Shown here piece after piece: positions 10,501-19,580 of a DNA stretch of 64,000 nucleotides (positions are counted from its first letter, which is position 1; every line of letters starts with the position of its first letter). The position numbers and the translations under genes were made by a program. Source of the stretch: Pseudomonadota bacterium (lineage in GTDB: Bacteria > Desulfobacterota > Binatia > Binatales > Binataceae); NCBI GenBank assembly GCA_021324885.1, contig JAJPIF010000028.1, positions 35,798 to 99,797 on the forward strand, read 5' to 3'. The notes below the pieces were generated by a model that was given only the letters and a program-made list of their open reading frames with translations, was not told the DNA's origin and ran no database searches.

Positions 10501-11511
10501 GAAGCCCAGATACACCGTTGCCGCGTCGTTGGGCTCGACCCCGATCGTCTGGTCATATCCGCATTGACCGCAGTTGTTGCTCGGATTGTTGTTGGCCGAG
10601 GCCTGGGCCCAGGTGGCGCCGGTATCGGTGGAGACAAACAGTCCCCAAAACGGCGCCGCCGCGGTGTTGGAGGTGTTCTGCACGCTGGCGTAAATGGTCT
10701 TGTTGTCGGGCTTGGTTGACTGCGCGAACGAAATAAACCCGGCGGTGAAATTCGCCACTCCCAGCGGCGACCCGTTGCTCGCCGTCCATAAATTGCTGCC
10801 CCAGGTCGCTCCGCCGTCAGTCGATTCGAAAATGCCCGCTCCATTGACTGCCGCGAACACGTTGGAAGGGTTGGCGGTATCCAGATGGAGGTCGGTTATC
10901 GTGTTGGTGTTGGAGCCGTTGACCAGCGGCCGCGTCACCGTGGTCATGCCGTTAGTGGAGCGAATCACACCGAGATTGGTGGCGAGCAGCAGTTGATTGG
11001 CGGCGGGCATCACGATTCGCCTGATAGCGATGTTGGAGAAACCATTCATCCCCGGCGTCAGCGTCCAGGTGGTGCCCAGATCGGTCGATTTGTACACGCC
11101 GACGAATTTGAAAAAGCCGGTATTGGCCGGACTGCCGGTGCCGGCGTAAACAATTGACGGATTGGATGGATCCAGCGCCACCGCCCCCATCGAGAGCGAA
11201 CTGAGAAAATCGGTGGTCGTGCGCCAGGTGTTGCCGCCGTCCGTTGATTGCCAGATACCGCCATCCTGCGTCGCGATGTAGATAATCTGGTCGGTTGAGC
11301 CCCGCGGGTCGATAGCGACATCGACCGTCTGACCGGAGTCGGGTCCGGTGCCCTGGAAATTAGATTCCGCATCGATCTCCAAGGGCTGCGGTCCGATCTG
11401 CGTCCACTGAATTCCGGTGAGTCCGCCGGCCTGCGACATGGTCAAAAATGCCCCGGTCGCCGCCAGACTCGCAACTGCCAACAGCATCAAGTAAAGCGTT
11501 TTACGGCGCAC
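7570..11511 (-). CDS. Large secreted Asp-box (BNR) beta-propeller protein with C-terminal ASH/choice-of-anchor-D-like Ig repeats
   Basis: Signal peptide; about 10 S/T-x-D-x-G-x-T/S-W/F boxes; four repeats like FGNVC...VxNxGxCxLxI; T/S/G/N-rich. Confidence 0.85.
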   Translation of the reverse strand: MRRKTLYLMLLAVASLAATGAFLTMSQAGGLTGIQWTQIGPQPLEIDAESNFQGTGPDSGQTVDVAIDPRGSTDQIIYIATQDGGIWQSTDGGNTWRTTTDFLSSLSMGAVALDPSNPSIVYAGTGSPANTGFFKFVGVYKSTDLGTTWTLTPGMNGFSNIAIRRIVMPAANQLLLATNLGVIRSTNGMTTVTRPLVNGSNTNTITDLHLDTANPSNVFAAVNGAGIFESTDGGATWGSNLWTASNGSPLGVANFTAGFISFAQSTKPDNKTIYASVQNTSNTAAAPFWGLFVSTDTGATWAQASANNNPSNNCGQCGYDQTIGVEPNDAATVYLGFVDMWKSTDSGANFSEIGHGQVHNDHHALVFSPHVPASGNTTFYDGQDGGIALSSDGGSTFVNINGPNPGVGTAIASNLLRNMDIGRGSATANKYTYGGMQDTGTGSFTSSDTPNTWHLHVDGDGAGVAVDPYNPQHAVGMDDACLMNTTDGGSSWSFASVSGNTGGQGFGFGNTLAFDQVNTGGTDNTVYASVTQWANPPKPGQGCFGQGATTFAIYRSTDGGGSYASLFQGLSAPANAIATSKIDPNTVWFALNDGNLQVSTNMTAASPTIGSPATQPPQAGKQPATAIAIDPANTQTVVVTYAGFCGAACGNGPTRHVYETTDGGSTWTDISGTAGGSSNLPDLPVHAVVIDQTTNPHAIIVANDAGVLQSGDNGATWQVLGFGMPTVDVVALALDTSASPELLRAGTFGRSTFELGPATGPLISINTATNFGTLCSGQSPTTLLQVFNLGASPLMISNISRVSGSTDFTVTGPSFPATIQPGEEVDWTIQVNITNSSTNPDTATFEIDSNDQFQPALQVTYTASIGQPSIGTAIADSGSFGNVCAGNLEDLNLTVTNGGSCNLDLTGLTFSPPDADFVAPTFTNPTVVGAGSSVAIPIRYQPQNNTAGVETTTIELTSNAAGSPTMIPVSGNAPPGQIAVSGSGTFGNVCAGSNAQQTITVANTGPCNLHVTSATIDNGSGGACPDFTIENNPFPNTLSQDSSLPLTVAFTPTSGGTKTCRLVITSDDPINPTVTVALTATTPAVNIDVPAQQNFPATVIQSVGACTTPLAFPVSNNGSCPLTITNVAISGPNAADYSLSGLPSLSTPLPPGEVLGNGDLATVFAPTLITRNEQATVTVTYESDPITHATATATENMCGEGTSRGVRVLVTEGGTPLPTGKVTKLQLSRLTSNRKSISVSNVNDPPLRSVNQAAPCASFMFHYEWGGVTNPIQLTAGDYQLTVSAIVNGKKKSQTVSFTLGTCSFNQNLVVNF

Positions 11512-11526
11512 TGTCTTACCCCTGGT

Positions 11527-11859
11527 TTAATGCGTGTTGCTTTGATTGACTGTGACTGGCTTCCCCTTGTTGGTTTTGGTCGGATGCCAGCCGATATAGG
11601 GCGCCACCTGCATGTGCTTCTGCTGCTCGACGCCCTTGCGCCAGAGGTCGGGCCGCGATTTGCCGGAGGAGTCCGAATGTTCTCTCAGGAACTGCTTTTC
11701 CTGCTGTTTCAGGAGCTCCTGGTTATTTATCGGCGCCGCCGACGATGTATCACTGCCGACAGCAAGCGCTGGGACTGAAAACTGCGCACCCGTAATCATC
11801 AGGGCGATCGCTATCAGAGAGGCCGTTTTTTTGATTCTTGCTGTCTTTTTCGGACCCAT
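11527..11859 (-). CDS. Small secreted hypothetical protein
   Basis: GGAGAG RBS; basic N-terminus, hydrophobic helix and ALA cleavage site; 15 bp upstream of the propeller gene. Confidence 0.7.
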   Translation of the reverse strand: MGPKKTARIKKTASLIAIALMITGAQFSVPALAVGSDTSSAAPINNQELLKQQEKQFLREHSDSSGKSRPDLWRKGVEQQKHMQVAPYIGWHPTKTNKGKPVTVNQSNTH

Positions 11860-12223
11860 TTGCGCTCTCCACGAAAAATTCAAGGGGCGTGGAATAAATT
11901 TGAATGTAAAAAATAGTAAACAATTTTACATTATGTCAAACAAATAGTGTTGGACAATCTGAAGAAAAATCAACAGCGTCATATCCAAAATCACGGCACA
12001 TGAACTCATTTAAGTAGTTTTGTCAATAGCCAAAATAGTGAGATAATCATTTAAAACAATCAGTTAAAAAGCAGTGAAACGGACAAGATTTTCGAGCTGG
12101 GGCTATGGGCGCACCTCGGCGGCTGCGGCCAGTTCTGGATCCTCGTGCGCTCGGGCGGTAACGGGCGGCGGCCAGGCGCTAACCGCATTCAGGCGGATAC
12201 AAGCCAGGCTTGGGGAGGAAGCT

Positions 12224-13006
12224 TTAAATATTTGAGTTCCCGCTGAGAGTCTGGACCGCGGTTTTGCGATCCATCCCGTGGTAGGCAGCGGCCATCTCGC
12301 GGTTGTGAGCCCCCGCAATCCAGGTGGGACCGTTTTCCAGATTATCCAGGCCTTCCTGGGCCACCTCGTCGGGTTCGAGCAGTGGCTGTCCGGTTTTCTG
12401 CGCCAGTTCCGCGCCGCCGGCCGACATCAGCTTAGGCGTCCGCGTCAGCCCGATAATTAAACTGAGTACGTTGACGCCATAGGGTTTCAATTCATACCAC
12501 AGCCCTTCTCCGAACGTTACGTCGAAGGACTTGGCGGCGCTGTAGACCACGAAATTGCCGCTGCCCGCGAACGAACTCATCGAGCCCAGGATGATGATTC
12601 CGCCACGCCTGCGCTCGCGCATCTTCGTAGCAAAGTGATGTGAGAGAATGACGGGGCCGTCCACGGTCAGGCGCAGCGCTTGGAGATTGCGCTCCAACGA
12701 ACGATCCAGAAACGGCGCCGGGCTGACCACGCCGGCGTTGTAGATCAACATCCCGACTTCGATATCCTCCGTGATCGCCCTGACCCGATCGAGCATGTCC
12801 GCAGCGCGCAGGTCCATCGATGCCGTCCGCACCTGGACATGCGAGTTGGCGCTAACCTCCTGGGCAACTTGCTCCAGGGGTCCGGGCTTGCGCGCGAGCA
12901 GCACCAGGTTCAATCCGCGTGCCGCGAGCTTGCGGGCAAACGATGCGCCCACGCCTTCCGAACCGCCCGCGATCAGAGCCCACGGGCCGTATTGCTGTGC
13001 GAACAT
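12224..13006 (-). CDS. Short-chain dehydrogenase/reductase
   Basis: AGGSEGVG, YNAG, YSAAK. Confidence 0.92.
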   Translation of the reverse strand: MFAQQYGPWALIAGGSEGVGASFARKLAARGLNLVLLARKPGPLEQVAQEVSANSHVQVRTASMDLRAADMLDRVRAITEDIEVGMLIYNAGVVSPAPFLDRSLERNLQALRLTVDGPVILSHHFATKMRERRRGGIIILGSMSSFAGSGNFVVYSAAKSFDVTFGEGLWYELKPYGVNVLSLIIGLTRTPKLMSAGGAELAQKTGQPLLEPDEVAQEGLDNLENGPTWIAGAHNREMAAAYHGMDRKTAVQTLSGNSNI

Positions 13007-13135
13007 GGCTTTCTCCCCTCCGTTCGACGCGTCGGTCGGATGTTATCACCCATCGCTGCTTTTTTCTGACCACGGAATGATATTAAAGTGACCGGACGCG
13101 CTTGGTGGAGCGTCTGAAAAGCGAGGAGTCTCGAT

Positions 13136-13840
13136 ATGGCGTCGAAACCTGAAGTGGTGCTGGTTCACGGAGCATGGCACGGGGCGTGGTGCTGGGAGCC
13201 ATTGCGCGAGCGTCTGGAGCGGCGAGGGATAAGGACTCATGCGCCGGACCTGGCGAGCGCCGGCGAAGACCCGCAAACACTCACCGATCTCTATGCCGAT
13301 GCGCGCGCCGTCCGTCAGCTTACGGATTCAATTAATGCTCCTGTCGTGCTGGCCGGCCATTCTTATGGCGGACTGGTCGTGAGCGAAGCGTCGGCGGGCA
13401 GCGCCAACATCCGCCACCTGGTGATGATCGCCACCATCATGTTCGATGTGGACGAGGTCTGGAAGGAGATCCGGATGCCCGCTGCGGATTGGATCAGACC
13501 GACCGAGGACCGAAAGGCGATCGCGATCCTGGACAAGAGTCAGGCGGCCGGTCTGTTTTTCAACCGCTGCACTCCGTCGGCGGCGGCCTGGGCCTGCGCC
13601 CGGTTGCATACGTATATGGGCATGCAGGCGGTATCGCAGAGGCTGACGCGCGCCGGATGGAAGGAGATCCCCTCCACTTATCTGTCGTGCACCGAGGATC
13701 GCGCGATCGAACTGCGCTGGCAGCGCAGGATGGCGGAGCGGGCCACCTATCAGATCGAGTTGGAGAGCGATCACTCGCCCTTTCTGTGCATGCCCGATCG
13801 GGTGGCCGACATTTTTGCGGAGGTGGTCGCGGCTTTGTGA
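13136..13840 (+). CDS. Alpha/beta hydrolase (Abhydrolase_6 type)
   Basis: LVHGAWHGAWCW, GHSYGG, EDRAI, SDHSPF. Confidence 0.92.
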   Translation: MASKPEVVLVHGAWHGAWCWEPLRERLERRGIRTHAPDLASAGEDPQTLTDLYADARAVRQLTDSINAPVVLAGHSYGGLVVSEASAGSANIRHLVMIATIMFDVDEVWKEIRMPAADWIRPTEDRKAIAILDKSQAAGLFFNRCTPSAAAWACARLHTYMGMQAVSQRLTRAGWKEIPSTYLSCTEDRAIELRWQRRMAERATYQIELESDHSPFLCMPDRVADIFAEVVAAL

Positions 13841-13951
13841 TACCTGAGTGTGAGCTGGTCATCTTTAATCTAATAGCGTTGGCTTTGCCCCGGGACTGGC
13901 CCGCGTTCTAAGCTGGCGCGGCATACTTCTGATTGAGGGGAAGGGAGCGGC

Positions 13952-14599
13952 ATGGCTTTGAAAGTGGTCGGCGCGGGGTTTGGCAGGACCGGGACGCTGT
14001 CGCTGAAAAACGCCTTGGAGAAACTCGGCTTCGGTCCCTGCTATCACATGTTCGAGGTGATCGAACGGCCCGATCATATCCAGATGTGGCATCGGTTGGC
14101 GTTCGGCGGATCAATCGATTGGGATTTGCTGTTCAAGGATTTCAACTCCGTCGTCGACTGGCCGGCGGCGCGCTATTGGCGCGAACTGGCCGAGCATTTC
14201 CCCGACGCCAGGGTGATCCTGTCGCTGCGCGATCCCGAGGCGTGGTACCGGAGCGTGACCGAGACCATCTACCAGGGCCTCAGGATGCCGGTTACCGACC
14301 GCCTGCCGCCGTCGCGCCGCCGTCAGATGGAGATGGCGCGCAAGATTGTTCTGGAGGATACCTTTGACGGACGCTTCGAGGACAAGGCGCACGCGATCGA
14401 GGTATACAACCGCCACAACCAGCAGGTGCAACGCGCCATCCCATCACCGAGGCTGCTGGTGTTCGACGCCAAGCAGGGATGGGAGCCGTTGTGCCGTTTC
14501 CTGGGCGTGGCAGTGCCGGATGAGCCGTTTCCGCATCTCAATGACACCGCCTCGATCCAGGCCCGGATGAAGGAAATGCGCACCGCGCAGCGTAAATAA
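13952..14599 (+). CDS. Sulfotransferase family (Sulfotransfer_4-like) P-loop protein
   Basis: VVGAGFGRTGTLSLKNALEKLG, CYHM, GWEPLCRFLG, PFPHLN. Confidence 0.9.
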   Translation: MALKVVGAGFGRTGTLSLKNALEKLGFGPCYHMFEVIERPDHIQMWHRLAFGGSIDWDLLFKDFNSVVDWPAARYWRELAEHFPDARVILSLRDPEAWYRSVTETIYQGLRMPVTDRLPPSRRRQMEMARKIVLEDTFDGRFEDKAHAIEVYNRHNQQVQRAIPSPRLLVFDAKQGWEPLCRFLGVAVPDEPFPHLNDTASIQARMKEMRTAQRK

Positions 14600-14606
14600 A
14601 GCAAAG

Positions 14607-14626
14607 GGCGGGCAGGGACGCCCGCC
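14607..14626. repeat. REP-like palindrome
   Basis: Intergenic hairpin GGCGGGC-AGGGAC-GCCCGCC. Confidence 0.4.
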
Positions 14627-14664
14627 ACGAAAATGAGGCCTCCGTACAGAGTCGGGTGATCGAA

Positions 14665-15750
14665 ATGAAAGCAGCCGTATTCCGCAAGGTGAACGAACCG
14701 CTGGCAATCGAAGAGGTCGAAGTCGATGCGCCCGGACCCAACGAGGTCCGGATTCGCACCGCCGCGTGCGGCGTCTGTCACAGCGACTTGCATATCGTTC
14801 AGGGTGTGCTGCCATGGCCGCCGGGGGCGGTGATGGGCCATGAGGCGGCAGGCACCGTGACGGCGGTCGGCAGCGCCGTGACTTACGTTCAGCCGGGCGA
14901 TCACGTGGTCGCGTGTCCGTCGCCGTTTTGTGGCAAATGTGCGAAGTGCCTGACTGGCCATCCGCATCTGTGCGCCGAGCGCGGCACGTTGCGCCGCCGC
15001 CGCAACCAGCGTCCGCGCTTGTCGGGGACAGGCGGTGCGCTCACCCAGTTCGCTGATATCGGCGGATATGCCGAGGAGCTGCTGCTGCACGAAAACGCGG
15101 TGGTGAAGATCGCCGACGCGATGCCGCTGGATCGCGCGGCGCTGATTGGATGCGGCGTGACCACCGGTATGGGCGCGGTGCTCAACACCGCCAAAATCCA
15201 TACCGGCGCCAGCGTCGTAATTTTCGGCGCCGGCGGTGTCGGACTGGCAGCGATTCAGGCTGCGCATCTGGCCGGCGCCGCGAAGATCATCGCCGTGGAT
15301 ATACTGGAGAGCAAGCTGGCCGCGGCGCGCAGGATGGGCGCGACGCATACGTTGGATGCCAGTTCTTGCGATCCGGTTGCCGAAATCCGCAACCTTACCG
15401 GTGGCGGCGCCGATTACGCCTTCGAGGCGATTGGGATAGCCAAAGTCGTTGAGCAGGCGCTGGCTTGCGTCGGCCCCGGCGGGACGGCGGTCAGCGTCGG
15501 CGTGGTGCCGCCGTCCGATCCAATCAAGGTGCAATGGAACGATCTGTTCCAGGAAAAAAAGCTTACCGGCAGCCAGATGGGGTCCAATCGCTTCCGGATC
15601 GATATTCCCGCATACGTCGATTTTTATCTGCAGGGGCGGCTCAATCTCGACGATATGGTGACGCGGCGCGTCAAGCTCGATCAGATTAACGAGGCGTTCC
15701 GCGCGATGACCGCCGGCGAGGTGCTGCGCTCAGTGGTGATGTTCGAGTGA
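14665..15750 (+). CDS. Zn-dependent alcohol dehydrogenase (class III-like)
   Basis: GVCHSD, GHE, CGKCAKC..C, GCGVTTG, GAGGVG. Confidence 0.93.
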   Translation: MKAAVFRKVNEPLAIEEVEVDAPGPNEVRIRTAACGVCHSDLHIVQGVLPWPPGAVMGHEAAGTVTAVGSAVTYVQPGDHVVACPSPFCGKCAKCLTGHPHLCAERGTLRRRRNQRPRLSGTGGALTQFADIGGYAEELLLHENAVVKIADAMPLDRAALIGCGVTTGMGAVLNTAKIHTGASVVIFGAGGVGLAAIQAAHLAGAAKIIAVDILESKLAAARRMGATHTLDASSCDPVAEIRNLTGGGADYAFEAIGIAKVVEQALACVGPGGTAVSVGVVPPSDPIKVQWNDLFQEKKLTGSQMGSNRFRIDIPAYVDFYLQGRLNLDDMVTRRVKLDQINEAFRAMTAGEVLRSVVMFE

Positions 15751-15937
15751 GGCCCGCGCGCCGTGGATTGACGCAGCGCCGCCAGCGGGTCGCTGACGGC
15801 CGCGGGAGAGGGGTGTGACGGGGCCTGTTCATCGACGCGCGAAATGCGCTAAATAAATTTCAGCGCTCGCGCCGGCCGAAAATTTTTTGATCGCGGCCGG
15901 ACGGCGGCATCCAACATGATCTCCGGGGAAGGTGTAA

Positions 15938-16726
15938 ATGGCGGAAACAGCATGGCATCAAGAGACGGTCACGGTTGACGGCACCGATCTCGCCGTCATC
16001 AAAGGCGGTTCGGGTCGTCCTTTATTGGTTCTCCATGAGGAGATGGGCCATCCCGGATGGCTTAAATGGCACACCGAGTTGGCGCGTGAACACTCGCTGC
16101 TCATCCCGCTGCATCCGGGCTTTGGCATTACTCCCCGCGCTGACTGGATCTGGAACATACGGGACCTGGCGGGTTTTTACGGGCGATTCGTGCGCGAACA
16201 GAAGCTTGCGCCGGTCGATGTAATTGGCTTTTCGCTGGGCGGCTGGATCGCGGCCGAGATGGCGGCCAACAATCAGGATCAGTTCCGTCGGATGATTCTT
16301 GTCGGCGCCGCCGGCCTTCGTCCTCCAAAGGGCGAAATCCTCGACATCTTTCAGCTTATGGCCCCGGCCGAACTGGCGGCCAGCGTGCTCGATCCGGAAA
16401 ATACGCCCGAGTTCGATCAGCTTTACGGCGGTGTCGGGCCGGCGGCCTTTGAATTGTGGGAGGATGCGCGCGCGGAAACCGCGCGGCTTGCCTGGTCGCC
16501 TTATCTGCACAATCCGAGCCTGCCCCACCTGCTGGGTGTGATCGACAAACTGCCCACGCTTCTGATTTGGGGACGCGAGGACGCCGTCGTACCGGTCAGC
16601 GCGGGCGAGGCCTACAACAAGGCTATTGCTGGCTCGCGGCTGGTGGTGCTGGACCATTGCGGTCATCGCCCCGAGATCGAGCAGAACGCGGCCTTTGTCC
16701 GTGAGGTGAAAGGATTTTTGAGTTAA
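15938..16726 (+). CDS. Alpha/beta fold hydrolase
   Basis: HPGFG, GFSLGG, WGRED, CGHRP. Confidence 0.88.
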   Translation: MAETAWHQETVTVDGTDLAVIKGGSGRPLLVLHEEMGHPGWLKWHTELAREHSLLIPLHPGFGITPRADWIWNIRDLAGFYGRFVREQKLAPVDVIGFSLGGWIAAEMAANNQDQFRRMILVGAAGLRPPKGEILDIFQLMAPAELAASVLDPENTPEFDQLYGGVGPAAFELWEDARAETARLAWSPYLHNPSLPHLLGVIDKLPTLLIWGREDAVVPVSAGEAYNKAIAGSRLVVLDHCGHRPEIEQNAAFVREVKGFLS

Positions 16727-16748
16727 GCCTTCAGAGGGAGGATCAAAC

Positions 16749-18146
16749 GTGCATCTAGCGTACTTTACCGAGCGCCCCTATCGCTATGCGCCCAACGACC
16801 GCATCATTGAAAAGGGTTTCTTTGGCACTCCCAACAGCTTTTTCGATCCGGCCAAGGGCCACGAGCTGTATCACGAATACCTGGACGAAAAGCTTCTGTG
16901 CGAGGAGCTGGGTTTCGACGGGGTCGCGCTTAACGAACATCATGATACGCCCTTCACGATGGGCGCGGTGATGGATGTTGAAGCGTCGATTCTCGCGCGC
17001 ATCACCAAAAAGGTGAAGATCATCCTGATAGGCAATCCGCTGCCGCTGGGCAATCCGCTGCGGCTGGCGGAAGAGCTGGCGATGATCGATGTGATTTCGG
17101 GCGGGCGGCTGGTCACGGGATGGGTCCGCGGCGCGGGCAGCGAGCAATTCGCGCACAACGCCAATCCGGCCTATAACCGCGAATACTTCAACGAGGCGCA
17201 CGACTTCATCGTCAGAGCGTGGACCGAGCCCGGTCCATGGCGCTACGAAGGCCGCCATTTCCATTACCGTTTCGTCGATCCGTGGCCGGTACCGATGCAA
17301 AAGCCGCATCCGCAGATGTGGATTCCCGGCCTCCTGAGCCCCGAGACCGCGCTGTGGTGCGCTGAGAAACGCTACCCCTACATCGCGCTGGCCACCTTCC
17401 TGGAGCCGACCGTTGAATTGTGGAATATCTATCGTGATCGCGCGGCTGAACTCGGCTACCAGGTCGGCCCTGAGAACTTCGGCTACATGCAGAAGGTTTA
17501 CGTCGCGGAGAGCGAAGAGAAGGCTCGGGAGATTGCCAAGTTCGACATGTTCGGGGGTGCGGGCAGCGGCTACAGCCTGTTCGCGCAACCGGCCTACAAT
17601 TTTCCACCGGGATACAACTCCAAGCTGGCAACCCGGCGTATCGCGACCCAGTTTTCCGATCCCAACAAGAAGCGCACCAGCTCCCCATTCCAGGCAGCGC
17701 CCTCGCAAAGCCCAACGCGGGCCGATGTGTCCGCGGCCCAGGTCGACCATCGTTCGCGGTTCTGGCAGGAATCCAAAGTCGACGTCGAGGCTACGCGCAA
17801 GGCCATCTTCGATCAGCTCCCCGATGTACTGAATTCCTTCGGCATTATCTGCGGCACGCCCAAAACCGTTATCCCCAAACTGCGCGTGGTGATGGAAACG
17901 CTGCGGCCGGGAATCTTCATTCTGTGGCAGAACGACGGACCTATCACTCGCCGGGACCGGGAAAACAACCTGAAGCTGCTTGCGGCCGAGGTAATGCCGG
18001 CGATACGCGAAATCGGCAAGGAGCTGGATTTGAAGTCGCCCTACGAGGTGAAGCCGGGCTCGCGTCCTCTGGCGCATTCCGGCAAGCCCGATTCGGTGGG
18101 TTCGTTGGAGCCGTGGAAGGCTTGGCGCGAGGCCCATCCGTACTAG
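16749..18146 (+). CDS. LLM class flavin-dependent oxidoreductase (luciferase-like)
   Basis: GFDGVALNEHH, PLRLAEELAMIDVISGGRL, PMQKPHP; GGGAGG RBS before GTG. Confidence 0.9.
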   Translation: MHLAYFTERPYRYAPNDRIIEKGFFGTPNSFFDPAKGHELYHEYLDEKLLCEELGFDGVALNEHHDTPFTMGAVMDVEASILARITKKVKIILIGNPLPLGNPLRLAEELAMIDVISGGRLVTGWVRGAGSEQFAHNANPAYNREYFNEAHDFIVRAWTEPGPWRYEGRHFHYRFVDPWPVPMQKPHPQMWIPGLLSPETALWCAEKRYPYIALATFLEPTVELWNIYRDRAAELGYQVGPENFGYMQKVYVAESEEKAREIAKFDMFGGAGSGYSLFAQPAYNFPPGYNSKLATRRIATQFSDPNKKRTSSPFQAAPSQSPTRADVSAAQVDHRSRFWQESKVDVEATRKAIFDQLPDVLNSFGIICGTPKTVIPKLRVVMETLRPGIFILWQNDGPITRRDRENNLKLLAAEVMPAIREIGKELDLKSPYEVKPGSRPLAHSGKPDSVGSLEPWKAWREAHPY

Positions 18147-18156
18147 TCAGATGATC

Positions 18157-18184
18157 GCGGGAGCGGAACTTCCTCCGCTCCCGC
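18157..18184. terminator. Hairpin between convergent genes
   Basis: 11-bp stem GCGGGAGCGGA/TCCGCTCCCGC; T-run about 13 nt downstream. Confidence 0.65.
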
Positions 18185-18242
18185 TGCTACGGCTGTGTTT
18201 TTTTGCGGTGCTTGGAAAGGGCAGGCGAGTAATCCTATGCCA

Positions 18243-19412
18243 CTAGGCGGTTGACGCTTGCGCGCTTCGATGGGCGCGGGGGGCGAGGAATGACCGCGGT
18301 TTGCGCATGGCGAGGAATCGCTGCTCGACCAGACGGTAATGGATTGCGGCAACGGTGATCGAGCTCAGGGTCAGGCCTGCCAGCGTTACGACATAGCGGC
18401 TGGACGGCACATAATTGGCGTAAAAACCAAAGTGCGCCTCCAACGCCACCAACAGCGGCGCATGAAACAGGTAGATGCCATAGGAGATCCGGCCGATTCC
18501 CACCAGCGGACGGGTCGCCAGGATGCGCCCGATTAGGCATCGCGGTTGCAGAAAGATTGCCGTCAGCAGCCCGCCCGACGCCAAAGCCATTGCGGTGTAG
18601 CCGAACGTGATCTGACGCCATCGATGCTCCGTCATCCAGGCGATACAGGCGATGGCAACCGCCAACGCCAGCGCCGGGAGCCAACGCGTCGAGCGCAGCC
18701 GATGCCAGAATCCCTCCAGCCGCCGCTCGCGCATCAGCAGCGCCAGCGCGCATCCGATCAGAATCGCGTCGATCCGCGTATCGGTCGCGTAATGGATCCT
18801 GAAGTAAGACGCTTGCGAGGGCGACGCCAGATGGCTCCAGTTCATGTAGAGATACCATCCGATGCGGTAGAACAGCACCCCTACAATGGCCGCCAGGGCG
18901 ATGCGCAAGGCGCGCGCCGTACCCCATCGGCGAAACACCAGCGACCATGACAGGTAGAAATGTTCTTCGACGCACAGCGACCAGAAATGGCTCAGTCCCT
19001 GCGGCCATATCGCGGTCGCGGCAATCCATAGATTCAACGTATAAGTCAGCAGCAACGGCCATATTCTGGCCGGGTCGTAAAACCCCGCGCCCGGACGATT
19101 TCCCAACACATACGATCCGCACAAAACCAGCAGCAGCGCCGTGCAGTACGCGGGCAGCAGACGCAAACCGCGGGCGCGATAGAAATAACCCAAATCCACG
19201 TGTCCGGTTTGGTCGAACTCGACCGCCAGTATCCAGGTGATCAGAAAGCCGCTCAGGATAAAGAACATGTCCACGCCGTACCAGCATCGGCTGCGCACGG
19301 CCTGCAGCCATGGATGGCCTGCGGGAGCGGGGACGTGAAAGAAAATGACTGACAGGATACAAACCGCGCGCAGTCCGTCCAGGCTCGGCACGTAGCTATG
19401 TTTTTGGATCAT
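18243..19412 (-). CDS. Acyltransferase 3 family (OafA-like O-acyltransferase)
   Basis: SLDGLRA, GVDMFFILSGFLIT, HFWSLCVEEHFY, GRISYGIYLFH; multi-TM. Confidence 0.92.
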   Translation of the reverse strand: MIQKHSYVPSLDGLRAVCILSVIFFHVPAPAGHPWLQAVRSRCWYGVDMFFILSGFLITWILAVEFDQTGHVDLGYFYRARGLRLLPAYCTALLLVLCGSYVLGNRPGAGFYDPARIWPLLLTYTLNLWIAATAIWPQGLSHFWSLCVEEHFYLSWSLVFRRWGTARALRIALAAIVGVLFYRIGWYLYMNWSHLASPSQASYFRIHYATDTRIDAILIGCALALLMRERRLEGFWHRLRSTRWLPALALAVAIACIAWMTEHRWRQITFGYTAMALASGGLLTAIFLQPRCLIGRILATRPLVGIGRISYGIYLFHAPLLVALEAHFGFYANYVPSSRYVVTLAGLTLSSITVAAIHYRLVEQRFLAMRKPRSFLAPRAHRSAQASTA

Positions 19413-19580
19413 AGATTGAGGCGCGGCGCGGCATCCATCAGCGGAAATCATCGTTCAATTGTATGCCAGTGCGCGACCGCGGAGCAGAGCCCTTGCGCCC
19501 CATTGCGCCTTGCTTCCCTTTTGACGCCGGGCGAGCAATGCTAGGAAGAAGGCCGATTGCGCCTGGAAAGCGATAAATTA

